Shown here: positions 38,601 through 48,500 of the stretch, piece after piece
Layout of the letters: each line of letters opens with the position of its first letter
How positions within the stretch are numbered: the stretch's first letter is position 1
DNA from: Eledone cirrhosa
Lineage: Eukaryota
Reading direction: 5' to 3'
Length of the DNA stretch: 64,000 nt
Assembly: GCA_964016885.1 (NCBI GenBank)
Contig: OZ024740.1
Coordinates: 416,950,001 to 417,014,000, forward strand
Notes under the pieces: model-generated
Seen by the model: the letters and a program-made list of their open reading frames with translations, nothing else
Database searches by the model: none
What the model was told of the DNA's origin: nothing
Position numbers and translations under genes: made by a program

Positions 38601-41600
38601 TCTGCCCCAAATGCAAACAATGGGTACACAAGAGATGTAGCGGGATCTCAGGAAGCTTAATTAAGAATGTAGGCTTCACATGCAGCAGCTGTACTGGGAC
38701 AGCAAGCAGCAAACAGCCACAGGAAACAAGTACCACCAATCTCGGGGGGGGGGGGGGGGGGGGGGCTCTGTAGAGACAGTAGACAGCTTCTGCTACCTAG
38801 GTGACCGAATTAGCAGCGGAGGTGGGTGTTCAGAAAGTACAATAACTAGGGTAAGAACGGGATGGAAGAAGTTCAGGGAACTACTACCACTGCTAGCTGC
38901 AAAAGGCTTCTCCCTCAAAATGAAAGGCAGACTGTATGATGCGTGTATCCGAACAGCGATGTTGCATGGTAGTGAGACCTGGGCGCTGAAGGTGGAAGAC
39001 TTCCGTAGATTAGAGAGAAACGAAGCCTGCATGCTCCGATGGATGTGTAATAGTAATATACGCGAACGACAAAGCATAAATGAATTGAGAGAGAGACTGA
39101 GCATAAGAGGAATCAAATGCTGTGTGCAGGAGAGGCGGTTGCGCTGGTATGGACATGTGATGCATATGCAGGATGACAGCTGCATAAAAAGGTGCAGAGC
39201 ACTAGAAGTCGATGGAAACCGCGAAGTGGGGAGACCCAAGATGACCTGGGATGAGGTGATAAAAGCCGACCTTACCCAATTACACCTCTCAAAGGCGATG
39301 ACACACGACCATGACCTCTGGCGTCACGCAGTAATACAGAGTACCCGACCTCCCATGGGTACAAGCTGAAGCATATAGACAATATGCCCCCACACCCTCC
39401 CACTGTAAGGTGGTTGTGGAGGTGCCATGGCAAAAAAGCACCCAGCCCACACTGTAAAGTGGACGTGTAGGCGCCACGAAAAAGCACCCAGCACTCACTG
39501 TAAATGAGGTTGGTGTTAGGAAGGGCATCCAGCTGTAGAAATCAAGCCAAATCAGTTCCTGTATGAGCAAGGCATGGTCAGCCGACCAGACACTGCCCAC
39601 AACAGGACAACCCGTCTAACCCATGCTAGCGTGGAAGAACGGACGTAAAACGGTGATGATGATGATGATGATGATATATATATATATATATATATATATG
39701 ATATAATATTTATTTATGTTCATACATGGAACAAAGGTTTCAAAAACCTAAGGTTTCAAGGTACAAATTTGACCATACCTCCAGAATACAAGAGACATCA
39801 AAATAGTGACCTTTCTTCAGGTGCTAATACAAGTTTATTTGGTTATTTTTAAATTTAATAAAAAAAATTTCAAGTTTTGATGTATAGCATAAAACCCATG
39901 CAGTGACTTACTGGAGAAAGACACCAGCTACATGTTCCATTACGTTGTATACAACTCCCACATGTCTTCACATTTCTGCAGTCATTGCCAGCAACTGAAG
40001 TGAAAGAAGATATGACAAAAATATATATTGTTAATTATTTATAAATTTATTTTTAATTCAAAAGTCTTCATACATCAGCAATTGACAGAAATCTTACCAA
40101 ATCATTCATCATCATCATCATCAACATTTAACGCCTACTTTCCCTCCTAGTAAGGGTTGGACAGGTCTACATAAACCAAGTCAGTTCTGAAGTAGGGCTA
40201 CTGATCTTCCAGACAGGCTGAGAGGTCAGTATTCTGCTTACATATGGTCATATCCCATACAGAGTAGAAGTTTTGTGTCTTTTGATAAAAATTGAAGAGT
40301 CTTCTCAACCCCTTGTTTGGCAACATTCTATGACTAGATGCCCTTCATAACACCAACCACTTTACAGTATGCATTGGGTACTTTTATTGTGTAGGTCAAC
40401 CATACTAGGGAGATTGTCATGTCCTTGACACAACTAAAGGGTCCTCCCAACCCTTTGTATGGCAAACTTTCTATGGCTATATTCCCTTCATAATACCAAC
40501 CACGTTACAGCATTTACTGGGTGATTTTAGTGTGTAGATCACCAATTGTGTCTTTGACACAACCAAAGGATCCTCCAAATACTTTTATTCATAGTTTCTA
40601 TTGCGGTGTGTTCTTCCTGGTAATTATGTTGTTAACAATAGTGGGGTGAGTTTTAAAGATAATCTCAACTGGATTTGGACTTGGTATCTTACCAGATAGC
40701 AAGATGACTTCATCACCACGACATTCATATCTTTCTCATAAAAGAGAAGTAACTGAAATAGCTACAACCAAGAACCAAACCAAGGTCATTGACCTCAGTT
40801 TTGGGGGTCTTTACTATTTAAAATTGCCACTCATAATTAACAATAGAGATTAGAATGTTGAATATATGGTACAATGACAGAAATTTGGGTATAACGAATA
40901 TAGCTGAAGGAATCTAATTAGAAAGTAAAGGGATGTAACCAGAGGCGTAACTAAGGAAAATAGCGCCTATGGTAACCAGTGAAATTGTGCCCCTGTTCAA
41001 ACATCTGACAGATAACCACAAAATCAGCTCAAAAATACCAATCACATTCATTGATTTTATTTGAAAACAATATCTATGGGCCTAATGATTTATATAAATG
41101 GTTTAATAATCCAGCCACCATAATGCTTCTCCCCCATGATAATCAAAGACAGATCATACATCTGAATAAGTTTCTTTTCTCACTCTCTGATGATAGCTTA
41201 TCTGATGATAGCTCATCCTTGCCATACTCTAGTACACTTCTAGATGTAACTAAATATTATAGTTGTTTGGTCATCCCATGACTAATTCTGCCAATCCACC
41301 ATTCTCATTAGCTTAACCCTTTAGCATTTACATTACTCTATATTTACTATTATATTTTCATGGTAAAGGCTTTATCTCACATAATATCTCACATAACATT
41401 TACATTACTCTATATTTACTATTATATTTTCATGGTAAAGGCTTTATCTCACATAATATCAAATCTATAAGATTTTGATATTTATTTTGAGAACAATACC
41501 TTAACATCAGTATGAGTGGCCGGTTACAGCCTGTTTGAACAGAAAGAGGTGAGAGAATTCTGGCCGGATACGGCCGGTTTAAATGCTATAGGGTTAAACA

Positions 41601-41672
41601 GTAAACATAAAACTTACCGTTATATACAAGAAGGCATATTAGCAAAAGACAAAAGCTTAGTTGGTTTGACAT
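19731..41672 (-). CDS. ITGB: Integrin beta subunit-like gene, 13 coding exons, 3'-incomplete in this window; signal peptide-PSI-hybrid-I-EGF1-3(4), apparently lacking the beta-I domain
   Basis: Manual join (minus strand) of 41618-41672, 39912-39994, 35394-35498, 33394-33457, 33061-33128, 29792-29859, 28490-28544, 27597-27649, 27006-27099, 25324-25457, 22620-22689, 20953-21034, 19731-19840. All introns are GT-AG with matching phases. Protein: MSNQLSFCLLLICLLVYNVAGNDCRNVKTCGSCIQRNGTCSWCLSPDFHGSSRCETKGTLLREGCSESSIYQSVNEAHLRKNRRISKKRILKPQRVFLQLVPNTGYVLPVKGFLIPKDTNNHLGADISLLANAPKPLKVIMKSDCNKKYQSQIETSSCYGIHDGLGVTFSFIISTELCFTKKKLIKVFVKGIKKPQMIIYVKTKCHCDCELKKPTNNSEFHCNGNGKIVCGQCECSKQMHGKNCECPKSQNIDERNCMKPGDQFVCSGRGKCHCGSCNCSPDILKRDQYTGKYCECNRMGCRKYNNSLCGGITHGKCVCGKCKCQSQYTGEACEIDLDTQKCLSPSR. 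The symbol is family-level only. Confidence 0.92.
20432..20835 (-). mobile_element. 3' fragment of the RTE LINE family
   Basis: Reverse complement of the 39225-39673 region; encodes VGRPKKTRDEVIKADLTQLHLS and has the (GAT)n tail. Confidence 0.9.
20953..21034 (-). CDS. Integrin beta-like coding exon 12 (I-EGF2/3)
   Basis: LKRDQYTGKYCECNRMGCRKYNNSLCG(G), the classic GKYCEC...C...CGG motif; TTGTAG acceptor, GTAAGT donor. Confidence 0.95.
21119..22211. repeat. 41-bp minisatellite, about 26 copies
   Basis: Unit CACTAGAGATGACTGAGGAAGGAAGGGGTGATGACGTCACA. Confidence 0.97.
22212..22387. repeat. (CAA/CAG/CAC)n microsatellite
   Basis: Imperfect trinucleotide run; the poly-Q/N ORF here is an artefact. 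Confidence 0.9.
22620..22689 (-). CDS. Integrin beta-like coding exon 11 (I-EGF2)
   Basis: (P)GDQFVCSGRGKCHCGSCNCSPDI, the classic CSGRGxCxCGxCxC motif; TTTTCTAG acceptor, GTAAAT donor. Confidence 0.95.
22837..23022 (+). mobile_element. tRNA-derived SINE, family A (partial copy also at about 22425-22560)
   Basis: A box TGGCAGTATCG, B box GTTCAAATCC, core CCTTTCATCCTTA.GGGGTCGATAAA. Confidence 0.85.
23613..24058 (+). mobile_element. tRNA-derived SINE, family B, with RTE-derived 3' tail
   Basis: A box TGGCTTAGTGG, B box GAGTTCAATTC, CCTTGAGCAA core; tail matches the RTE 3' UTR at 39400-39673 and ends in (GAT)n. Confidence 0.9.
24330..25200 (-). mobile_element. Degenerate Penelope-like retroelement fragment (RT to GIY-YIG linker), interrupted by a family A SINE at about 24835-25020
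   Basis: [33 protein letters not shown] and downstream VIYKAEV resemble the conserved Penelope linker upstream of the GIY-YIG endonuclease; stops and frameshifts are present. Boundaries are approximate. Confidence 0.7.
25324..25457 (-). CDS. Integrin beta-like coding exon 10 (I-EGF1/2)
   Basis: NNSEFHCNGNGKIVCGQCECSKQMHGKNCECPKSQNIDERNCMK; TTTTCAG acceptor, GTAAGT donor. Confidence 0.95.
26052..26322 (-). mobile_element. tRNA-derived SINE, family C (also about 33632-33920 minus, 42005-42275 plus, 56155-56445 minus)
   Basis: Head TGTGGCCTAGTGG and TTCTTGAGCAAAACAC core; distinct 3' end GGCCTGATGAGCCTC...TTTAGACTTT. Confidence 0.75.
26410..26690 (+). mobile_element. Degenerate RTE-type LINE 3' end
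   Basis: Translates with stops to RSQL..YGY..RM...EQILWAKPTGRRPRGKP..RWLD. Confidence 0.7.
27006..27099 (-). CDS. Integrin beta-like coding exon 9 (hybrid end, CxCxC)
   Basis: TTTTTCTAG acceptor; (L)IKVFVKGIKKPQMIIYVKTKCHCDCELKKPT. The donor GTTAAG is weak and was chosen because it gives the required phase 0. Confidence 0.85.
27205..27490 (-). mobile_element. Degenerate RTE-type LINE 3' end, inverted relative to 26410-26690
   Basis: Reverse complement shares GAGATCACAGCTCTGATA and GGGCAAA.CAACCGGCAGGAGACCCAG with the 26410 copy. Confidence 0.7.
27597..27649 (-). CDS. Integrin beta-like coding exon 8 (hybrid)
   Basis: ATTTCAG acceptor; VTFSFIISTELCFTKKK with the VxFxxxxxxxxC pattern; donor GTAAGT. 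Confidence 0.88.
27695..27980. repeat. 134-bp-arm inverted repeat built from a mariner-type MITE sequence
   Basis: Arms 27695-27828 and 27847-27980, 6 mismatches by manual alignment, 18-nt loop; related sequence at about 44620-44945, 57050-57110 and 58530-58925. Confidence 0.93.
28239..28466. mobile_element. piggyBac-like MITE
   Basis: TTAA-CCCTTTAGCATTTA ... TAAATGCTAAAGGG-TTAA: terminal inverted repeats with TTAA target duplication. Confidence 0.88.
28490..28544 (-). CDS. Integrin beta-like coding exon 7 (hybrid)
   Basis: TTTTCTAG acceptor; (K)YQSQIETSSCYGIHDGLG; donor GTAAGT. Confidence 0.88.
28638..29062. mobile_element. Family A SINE (minus) with a family B SINE (plus, 28696-28917) nested inside
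   Basis: The insert is flanked by a 17-bp duplication GTGCATTACTGGTACTT (28679-28695 and 28918-28934). Confidence 0.88.
29792..29859 (-). CDS. Integrin beta-like coding exon 6 (hybrid C-half)
   Basis: Polypyrimidine tract then AAG acceptor; DISLLANAPKPLKVIMKSDCNK; donor GTAAGT, phase 2. Confidence 0.88.
29966..30416. repeat. 29-bp AT-rich minisatellite, about 15 copies
   Basis: Unit AACTGTTAAAATATATAACTGTATTTGAT. Confidence 0.96.
30508..30920 (-). mobile_element. Two tandem family A SINEs
   Basis: Reverse-complement copies of the GGATTGGCAGTATCGGTAGAG...GAGTTCAAATC...GCCTTTCATCC family. Confidence 0.88.
31168..31395. mobile_element. piggyBac-like MITE
   Basis: Same TTAA-CCCTTTAGCATTTA terminal inverted repeats. 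Confidence 0.88.
31599..31920. mobile_element. hAT-type MITE
   Basis: Perfect 8-bp target duplication CCTGTACC (31591-31598 and 31921-31928); imperfect inverted termini CAGGGCTGGATTTA / TAAATCTGGCTCTT. Confidence 0.8.
32033..32215 (-). mobile_element. Family A SINE
   Basis: Same head and core as the other family A copies. Confidence 0.85.
32600..32995 (+). mobile_element. CR1-group LINE 3' fragment
   Basis: Translates TRGHAFKVRK*...YFFTLRVAGAWNKLPASVV, the typical CR1 ORF2 C-terminus, followed by a 3' UTR. Confidence 0.8.
33061..33128 (-). CDS. Integrin beta-like coding exon 5 (end of hybrid N-half plus short linker where beta-I normally starts)
   Basis: TTTTCTAG acceptor; (N)TGYVLPVKGFLIPKDTNNHLGA; donor GTAAGT; phase 1-0 fits both neighbours. 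Confidence 0.85.
33394..33457 (-). CDS. Integrin beta-like coding exon 4 (hybrid domain, first strands)
   Basis: TTTTGCAG acceptor; NRRISKKRILKPQRVFLQLVP corresponds to the QxxPQxxxLxLRxG motif; donor GTAAGT. Confidence 0.9.
35394..35498 (-). CDS. Integrin beta-like coding exon 3 (PSI domain, C-terminal part)
   Basis: DFHGSSRCETKGTLLREGCSESSIYQSVNEAHLRK matches RCxxxxxLxxxGC of integrin beta PSI; AAG acceptor; donor AAG|GTGAGT; phase 0-0. Confidence 0.92.
36000..36236 (+). mobile_element. RTE 3'-UTR tail fragment (also 55040-55235; diverged copy at about 54620-54990)
   Basis: AAAAGCACCCAG...AACCCATGCTAGCATGGAAG...(GAT)n. Confidence 0.85.
37275..39673 (+). mobile_element. 5'-truncated RTE-clade LINE, frameshifted; reverse transcriptase plus PHD-like finger
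   Basis: RT motifs KGKGD...NYRGI, QFGF, FVDLEKAFDRVP, GVHQGSVLSP, LLYADD; C-terminal RRLRWYGHV; frameshifts near 38250, 38520 and in the poly-G at 38744-38765; (GAT)n tail; flanked by (TA)n. Antisense within an integrin intron. Confidence 0.96.
39912..39994 (-). CDS. Integrin beta-like coding exon 2 (PSI domain, N-terminal part)
   Basis: TTCACTTCAG acceptor; (V)AGNDCRNVKTCGSCIQRNGTCSWCLSP with the CxxC...CxWC PSI signature; donor GTAAGT. Confidence 0.93.
41313..41597. mobile_element. piggyBac-like MITE with an internal duplication of about 70 bp
   Basis: TTAA-CCCTTTAGC ... GCTATAGGG-TTAA; the block CATTTACATTACTC...CACATAATATC occurs twice. Confidence 0.88.
41618..41672 (-). CDS. Integrin beta-like coding exon 1 (start codon, signal peptide)
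   Basis: GGAACCATGT start context; MSNQLSFCLLLICLLVYN hydrophobic core; donor G|GTAAGT, phase 1. The exon probably extends as 5' UTR to an acceptor at 41922 (TTTTATTTTCAG). Confidence 0.85.
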
Positions 41673-42849
41673 GGTTCCTTAAATTGCAGAAACAGCAGAA
41701 ATGGATGAAATATAGAACCAACCACTATACTTTAATAGAAGTTAGATCCAATCACAAACTATAGACTTTATTGAATATCATAAAGTCTTCTAGCAAGAAT
41801 ATATTTCAAACGCTTACAAGTGAATCAACAAATGACACTAAAGTAATGTTTTGATGCTTTAAAATGTTTCTTGTTTTGGGGGATTTAATTTGGTAATATT
41901 CCTGATTTCAAGCTGGTTGAACCTGAAAATAAAAGAAAAAAAGAATTTATAAAAAAAAGTTGATATTTTTCAAGAATCACATAAATTTTTATGGCTTCTT
42001 TTTAATGCGTGGCCTAGTTGTAACTGTGTTGGACTTATGATCCTAATGTTGTGGGTTTGATTCCTGGACTGGGTTGTGTGTTGCGTTCTTGAGCAAAACA
42101 CTCGATTTCAGTATACTCAGCTGGGAGTGAATACCAGCAATAGCTGATAGTTTAACCCTGTGGTGGACTAGCATCCTGTCCAGAGGTAGCTTTATACTCT
42201 CAGTTGCTTCTCGCCATGGCAACTGGTATAAGCACTGGCCTGATGAGCCTCTGGACTTGAGACAAACTTTAGACTTTTTTAATTATTTAACTGAGTTTCA
42301 GGTTTTTGTAACAATAAACAGACGAGAGACTATTCTTCCTTAGAGTAAGTCATCTGTTTATCACAGCTAATTTCCCCAGAAAATTGCCTGATATCTTTAT
42401 TCTCCGTAGTTAGATGGATTGAAATGGTTTTTGGTTTAGGTACAACACCAGAAATTGTTGAGGAAAAGAAAGTTAATTAAATTGATACCAGTACTTGACT
42501 GGTAGTTTACTTTATGAACCCTGGAAAGGTGAAAGGCAAAATTGACCTTGACGGGATTTGAACTTAAAATGTAAAGAGCTGGATCATATACTGCAATAGC
42601 ATTTAATGCTCTACCATAGATGAATTGATAATACAATTTGTATATTGATAATACTATTTGTTTTGTACTGAAACATAATGAAACACCAACACTGGTTATG
42701 ATACTGTGACCTTGGACAGTGTAATGTATCAAGACAAAACTCTGTATACTATATCAGTGATCCCAACTACTAGGTTATTGAACCATTTGATAACAGAGCT
42801 GCACAGAAAAAATAAAACCTTTTCTTCCATTTTATTGACTATCGTGGTT

Positions 42850-43218
42850 TACCTAATGTTGAGTTGAGTCTGACTTATGTTGAGTTGAGTCTACCTTATG
42901 TTGAGCTGAGTCTGACTTATGTTGAATTGAGTCTACCTAATGTTGAGTCTACATCATATTGAGTTGAGTCTATCTTATGTTGAGTCTATCTTATGTTGAG
43001 CTGAGTCTACCTTATGTTGAGTTGAGTCTGACTTACGTTGAGTTGAGTCTGACTTACGTTGAGTCGAGTCTGACTTACGTTGAGTTGAGTCTGACTTATG
43101 TTGAGTTGAATCTGACTTATGTTGAGTTGAGTCTGACTTTCATTGAGTTGAGTCTGACTTATGTTGAGTTGAGTCTGATTTATGTCGAGTCGAGTCTACC
43201 TTATGTTGAGCTGAGTCA
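42850..43218. repeat. 21-bp minisatellite
   Basis: Unit TTATGTTGAGTTGAGTCTGAC. Confidence 0.93.
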
Positions 43219-43246
43219 CATTTACAATATAAATGTAATTAAATTA

Positions 43247-43690
43247 ATAATTGTTTCTACTTTTGGCACAAGGCCAGCAATTACCCAGTGTACTACTGGT
43301 ACTTTATTTTATCGACCTTATAAGGATGAAAGGCAAAGTTAACCTCGGCGGGATTTGAACTCAGAATGGCAAGGGCCGTAACTCTATGCGTCAAAGCATG
43401 GCGTCCAACCCTCTACTGATACTGCCAATCCACCGCCATCCACTGTAATTAAATTAATAATTGTTTCTACTTTAGGCACAAGGCCAGCAATTACTCAGTG
43501 CATTACTGGTACTTTATTTTATCGACCCCGTAAGGATGAAAGGCAAAGTCAACCTCGGCGGGATTTGAACTCAGATCGTAAAGGGACGTAACTATGCTGG
43601 AAAGCATGGCGTCCGACCCTCTACCAATACTGCCAATCCACCGCCCTGTAATTAAATTAATAATGATTTCTAGTATAGGCACAAGGGCAT
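43247..43690 (-). mobile_element. Tandem family A SINEs, two full and one stub
   Basis: Copies separated by a repeated TGTAATTAAATTAATAA. Confidence 0.88.
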
Positions 43691-43834
43691 TAAATTAATA
43701 ATAAAATTATACAATATATAATATTCCCTTTATTGTGTTATGTTATGCCCATGACTGACACCCTCACCTCTTGGTATATGGAGAAATTGTCTTGCATGTC
43801 ACCTATGGTACAAAAAGATTGGGGTCTGCTGTAC

Positions 43835-44095
43835 TATCTTTAGGTCGGGTAAAATTCCCGAGATCCATGTACGAGTTCTCTCCAGCGGTCTCTGTCCCTC
43901 ATTATCGCTGCCATGTCCTGCATCTCCAAGAGACCAGTGTCTGTCCTTAGGGCATCAACATATGTTAACCTTGGTTTTCCTCTTCTAGTGTGTCCATGCA
44001 GGGGCTCCCACAGGAGCACTGAGTGTAGTGTCCACTCTGGATGTCGGTGAGCATGTCCAGCTAACCTTAATCTCCTCTGTGCTACCCTCGAGCTG
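43835..44095 (-). mobile_element. RTE/RTE-X-type LINE 3' fragment
   Basis: Translates RRLRLAGHAHRHPE...VLLWEPLHGHTRRGKPRLTYVDAL...MRDRDRWRELV. Confidence 0.85.
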
Positions 44096-44326
44096 TACTA
44101 TATGATGTCATATATCCCTTTTATGTTGACATTACTCTAGATATGTTAGGGTTGATGTAACTAACCCAGTACAGTCTGGCTGTGTAGTTTAGGGTGGAAT
44201 TAGTCTGATACACATCAATGGACATTTCTTTTTTTTAAAAGAAAATTCTTATTTATTTAAAGAATATAAATAAATAAATAAATATACATATATAATAGTT
44301 TTGAATTATTTTGTAAATGTGTTTAC

Positions 44327-44555
44327 TTAACCCTTTAGCATATAAACCGGCCATATCTGGCCAGAATTCTCTCCCCTCTTTCTGTTCGAACTGGTTGTAA
44401 TAGGCTGCTCATACCAATATTAAGGTATTGTTCTCGAAATAAATAACATCAAAATCTCGTAGATTTGATATTATGTGAGATAATTATGTGAGGTAAAGTC
44501 TTTACCACAAAAACATAATAATATATAGAGAGTAATATAAATGCTAAAGAGTTAA
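44327..44555. mobile_element. piggyBac-like MITE
   Basis: TTAA-CCCTTTAGCAT ... ATGCTAAAGAG-TTAA. Confidence 0.85.
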
Positions 44556-45339
44556 ATCCACTTAAAATTGAAATGAATAATATCAGTAAAAAGAACATTA
44601 ATATATGCTGGTCAGCGGAATAGTTCAAGGGTTGACCAAGATACTCTCATGGAATGACCAAATGAGGTTTATTTTTTACATAGTCCCTGAAATGAAACAT
44701 TTAATAAGAGTTGAAATTAATGTTTGCAAGATTTCCCAGCTCTAGCATCACTCCATAATCAGAAATATATTGGCTGAGCAAGATACTCTCATGGAATGAC
44801 CAAATGAGGTTTATTTTTTACATAGTCCCTGGAATGAAACAATGCAGTTATTAATAAGAAGTGTTGAAATTAATGCATGCAAAATTTCACAGTTCTAGCA
44901 TCACTCCTTCATAGTCCGACTATGAACTGTTCAGTCGACCCTCATTTGTTATAAACAGTAATATCATCATCACAAAAGATTTTAGTCTATAAAAAAAGGG
45001 AAATAAGAAGGGAAATGGAGACTGGCTCAGTTCACAACACAGGCAACCCATCTAGGAGACTGTTAACTCCGAAATAAAACTGATAGAAGGTAGAGGAGAT
45101 TCATTAGTCCTGCTACAGATATCTCTCGTGTTTGTGGCATGATAAAATGTATTCAGTCTACACCATAAAATTATCAGCCATATAAAGGACTGTAAGAATC
45201 GTGAACAGGGAAAAAGGAAAGATGACCTACACAGCAAGAAATATGGTGGATTTCTATGTTGTTATGTGGATGGGTTAGATGAGGAAGGGCTGAAATATGA
45301 TACATATATCTCATGACAGCGGGGAAACAGAGGATGATG

Positions 45340-45474
45340 GGGATGATAGTGTTGACAAAGATGATGATGATGAAGATAATGATGATGATGGTGATGACAA
45401 TGAAGGCAACAATGATAATGATGACAATGATGATGATAATGAGGATGATGATAATGATGATGACAATGATGATA

Positions 45475-45530
<56 letters not shown>

Positions 45531-48500
45531 AATGATGATGATGATTACAATGATGACGATGGCAATGATGATAATGGTGATGATGATGGCAATGATGGTG
45601 ACAATGATGGTGGCAATGATGGTGACAATGATGATGGTGACAATGATGGTGACAATGATGGTGACAATGATGTTGACAATGATGGTGGCAATGATGGTGA
45701 TAATGATGGTGACAATGATGGTGACAATGATGGTGGCAATGATGATGATGACAATGATGGTGACAATGATGGTGACAATGATGGTGACAATGATGGTGAC
45801 AATCATGGTGACAATGATGGTGACAATGATGATGGTGGCAATGATGGTGACAATGATGGTGACAATGATGATGGTGACAAAGATGGTGGTGACAATGATG
45901 GTGACAATGATGATGGTGACAATGATGGTGACAATGATGGTGACAATGATGGTGGCAAAGATGATGATGACAATGATGGTGACAATGATGGTGACAATGA
46001 TGGTGACAATGATGGTGACAATGATGGTGACAATGATGATGGTGGCAATGATGGTGACAATGATGGTGACAATGATGATGGTGACAATGATGGTGACAAT
46101 GATGGTGACAATGATGGTGGCAATGATGGTGACAATGATGATGGTGACAATGATGGTGACAATGATGGTGATGACAATGATGGTGACAATGATGGACACA
46201 ATGATGGTGGCAATGATGGTGGCAATGATGGTGACAATGATGGTGGCAATGATGGTGGCAATGATGGTGACAATGATGGTGGCAATGATGATGATGACAA
46301 TGATGGTGACAATGATGGACACAATGATGGTGGCAATGATGGTGGCAATGATGGTGGTGACAATGATGGTGACAATGATGGTGACAATGATGGTGACAAT
46401 GATGGTGGCAATGATGATGGTGGCAAAGAATATGATGATGGTGATAATGATGGTGACAATGATGGTGGATATGATGGTGACAATGATGGTGACAATGATG
46501 GTGACAATGATGGTGACAATGATGGTGACAATGATGGTGACAATGATGGTGGCAATGATGGTGACAATGATGGTGACAATGATGGTGGCAATGATGGTGA
46601 CAATGATGGTGACAATGATGGTGACAATGATGGTGACAATGAGGATGATGGCAATGATGGTGACAATGATGGTGACAATGATGATGGTGGCAATGATGGT
46701 GACAATGATGGTGGCAATGATGGTGACAATGTTGATGATAGCAATGATGGTGACAATGATGGTGACAATGATGGTGGCAATGATGGTGACAATGATGGGG
46801 ACAATGATGGTGGCAATGATGGTGACAATGATGGTGACAATGATGGTGGCAATGATGGTGGCAATGATGGTGGCAATGATGGTGATAATGATGGTGACAA
46901 TGATGGTGGCAATGATGGTGGCAATGATGGTGACAATGATGGTGACAATGATGGTGGCAATGATGGTGACAATTATGGTGACAATGATGGTGACAATGAT
47001 GGTGACAATGATGGTGACAATGATGATGGTGACAATGATGGTGACAATGATGGTGACAATGATGGTGACAATGATGGTGGATATGATGGTGACAATGATG
47101 GTGACAATGATGGTGACAATGATGATGACAATGATGATGATGGCAATGATGGTGACAATGATGGTGACAATGATGGTGACAATGATGGTGACAATGATGG
47201 TGGCAATGATGGTGACAATGATGGTGACAATGATGGTGGCAATGATGGTGACAATGATGGTGACAATGATGGTGACAATGATGGTGACAATGATGGTGAC
47301 AATGATGGTGACAATGATGATGATGGCAATGATGGTGACAATGATGGTGACAATGATGATGGTGGCAATGATGGTGACAATGATGGTGGCAATGATGGTG
47401 ACAATGATGGTGACAATGATGGTGTCAATGATGGTGATAATGATGATGACAATGATGATGGTGGCAATGATGGTGACAATGATGGTGACAATGATGGTGA
47501 CAATGATGGTGACAATGATGGTGACAATGATGGTGACAATGATGGTGACAATGATGGTGGCAATGATGGTGGCAATGATGGTAATAATGATGGTGACAAT
47601 GATGGTGGCAATGATGGTGGCAATGATGGTGACAATGATGGTGGCAATGATGGTGACAATGATGGTGACAATGATGATGACAATGATGGTGACAATGATG
47701 GTGGCAATGATGGTGACAATGATGATGGTGACAATGATGATGGTGGCAATGATGGTGATAATGATGATGGTGACAATGATGGTGACAATGATGATGACAA
47801 TGATGGTGACAATGATGGTGACAATGATGGTGGCAATGATGATGGTGACAATGATGGTGGCAATGATGATGGTGACAATGATGATGACAATGATGGTGAC
47901 GATGATGGTGACAATGATGGTGGTGACAATGATGGTGACAATGATGGTGACAATGATGGTGACAATGATGGTGGCAATGATGGTGGCAATGATGGTGGCA
48001 ATGATGGTGACAATGATGGTGACAATGATGGTGACAATGATGGGGACAATGATGGTGACAATGTAGGTGACAATGATGGTGACAATGATGGTGACAATGA
48101 TGATGGTGACAATGATGGTGGCAATGATGGTGACATTGATGGTGACAATGATGGTGACAATGATGATGGTGGCAATGATGGTGACAATGATGATGACAAT
48201 GATGGTGGCAATGATGATGGTGACAATGATGGTGACAATGATGATGATGGCAATGATGGTGACAATGATGGAGACAATGATGGTGGCAATGATGATGGTG
48301 GCAATGATGGTGACAATGATGATGATAGCAATGATGGTGACAATGATGGTGACAATGATGGTGGCAATGATGGTGACAATGATGGGGACAATGATGGTGG
48401 CAATGATGGTGACAATGATGGTGACAATGATGGTGGCAATGATGGTGGCAATGATGGTGGCAATGATGGTGATAATGATGGTGACAATGATGGTGGCAAT

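Noticed and set aside
37333-39369. RT ORFs as a host gene or an active element
   Set aside because: The element is 5'-truncated with no endonuclease domain and has several frameshifts, so it is a dead LINE copy.
42235-42275. CTGATGAG hammerhead-like motif at the end of family C SINEs
   Set aside because: No GAAA follows the putative stem II, so the catalytic core is incomplete.
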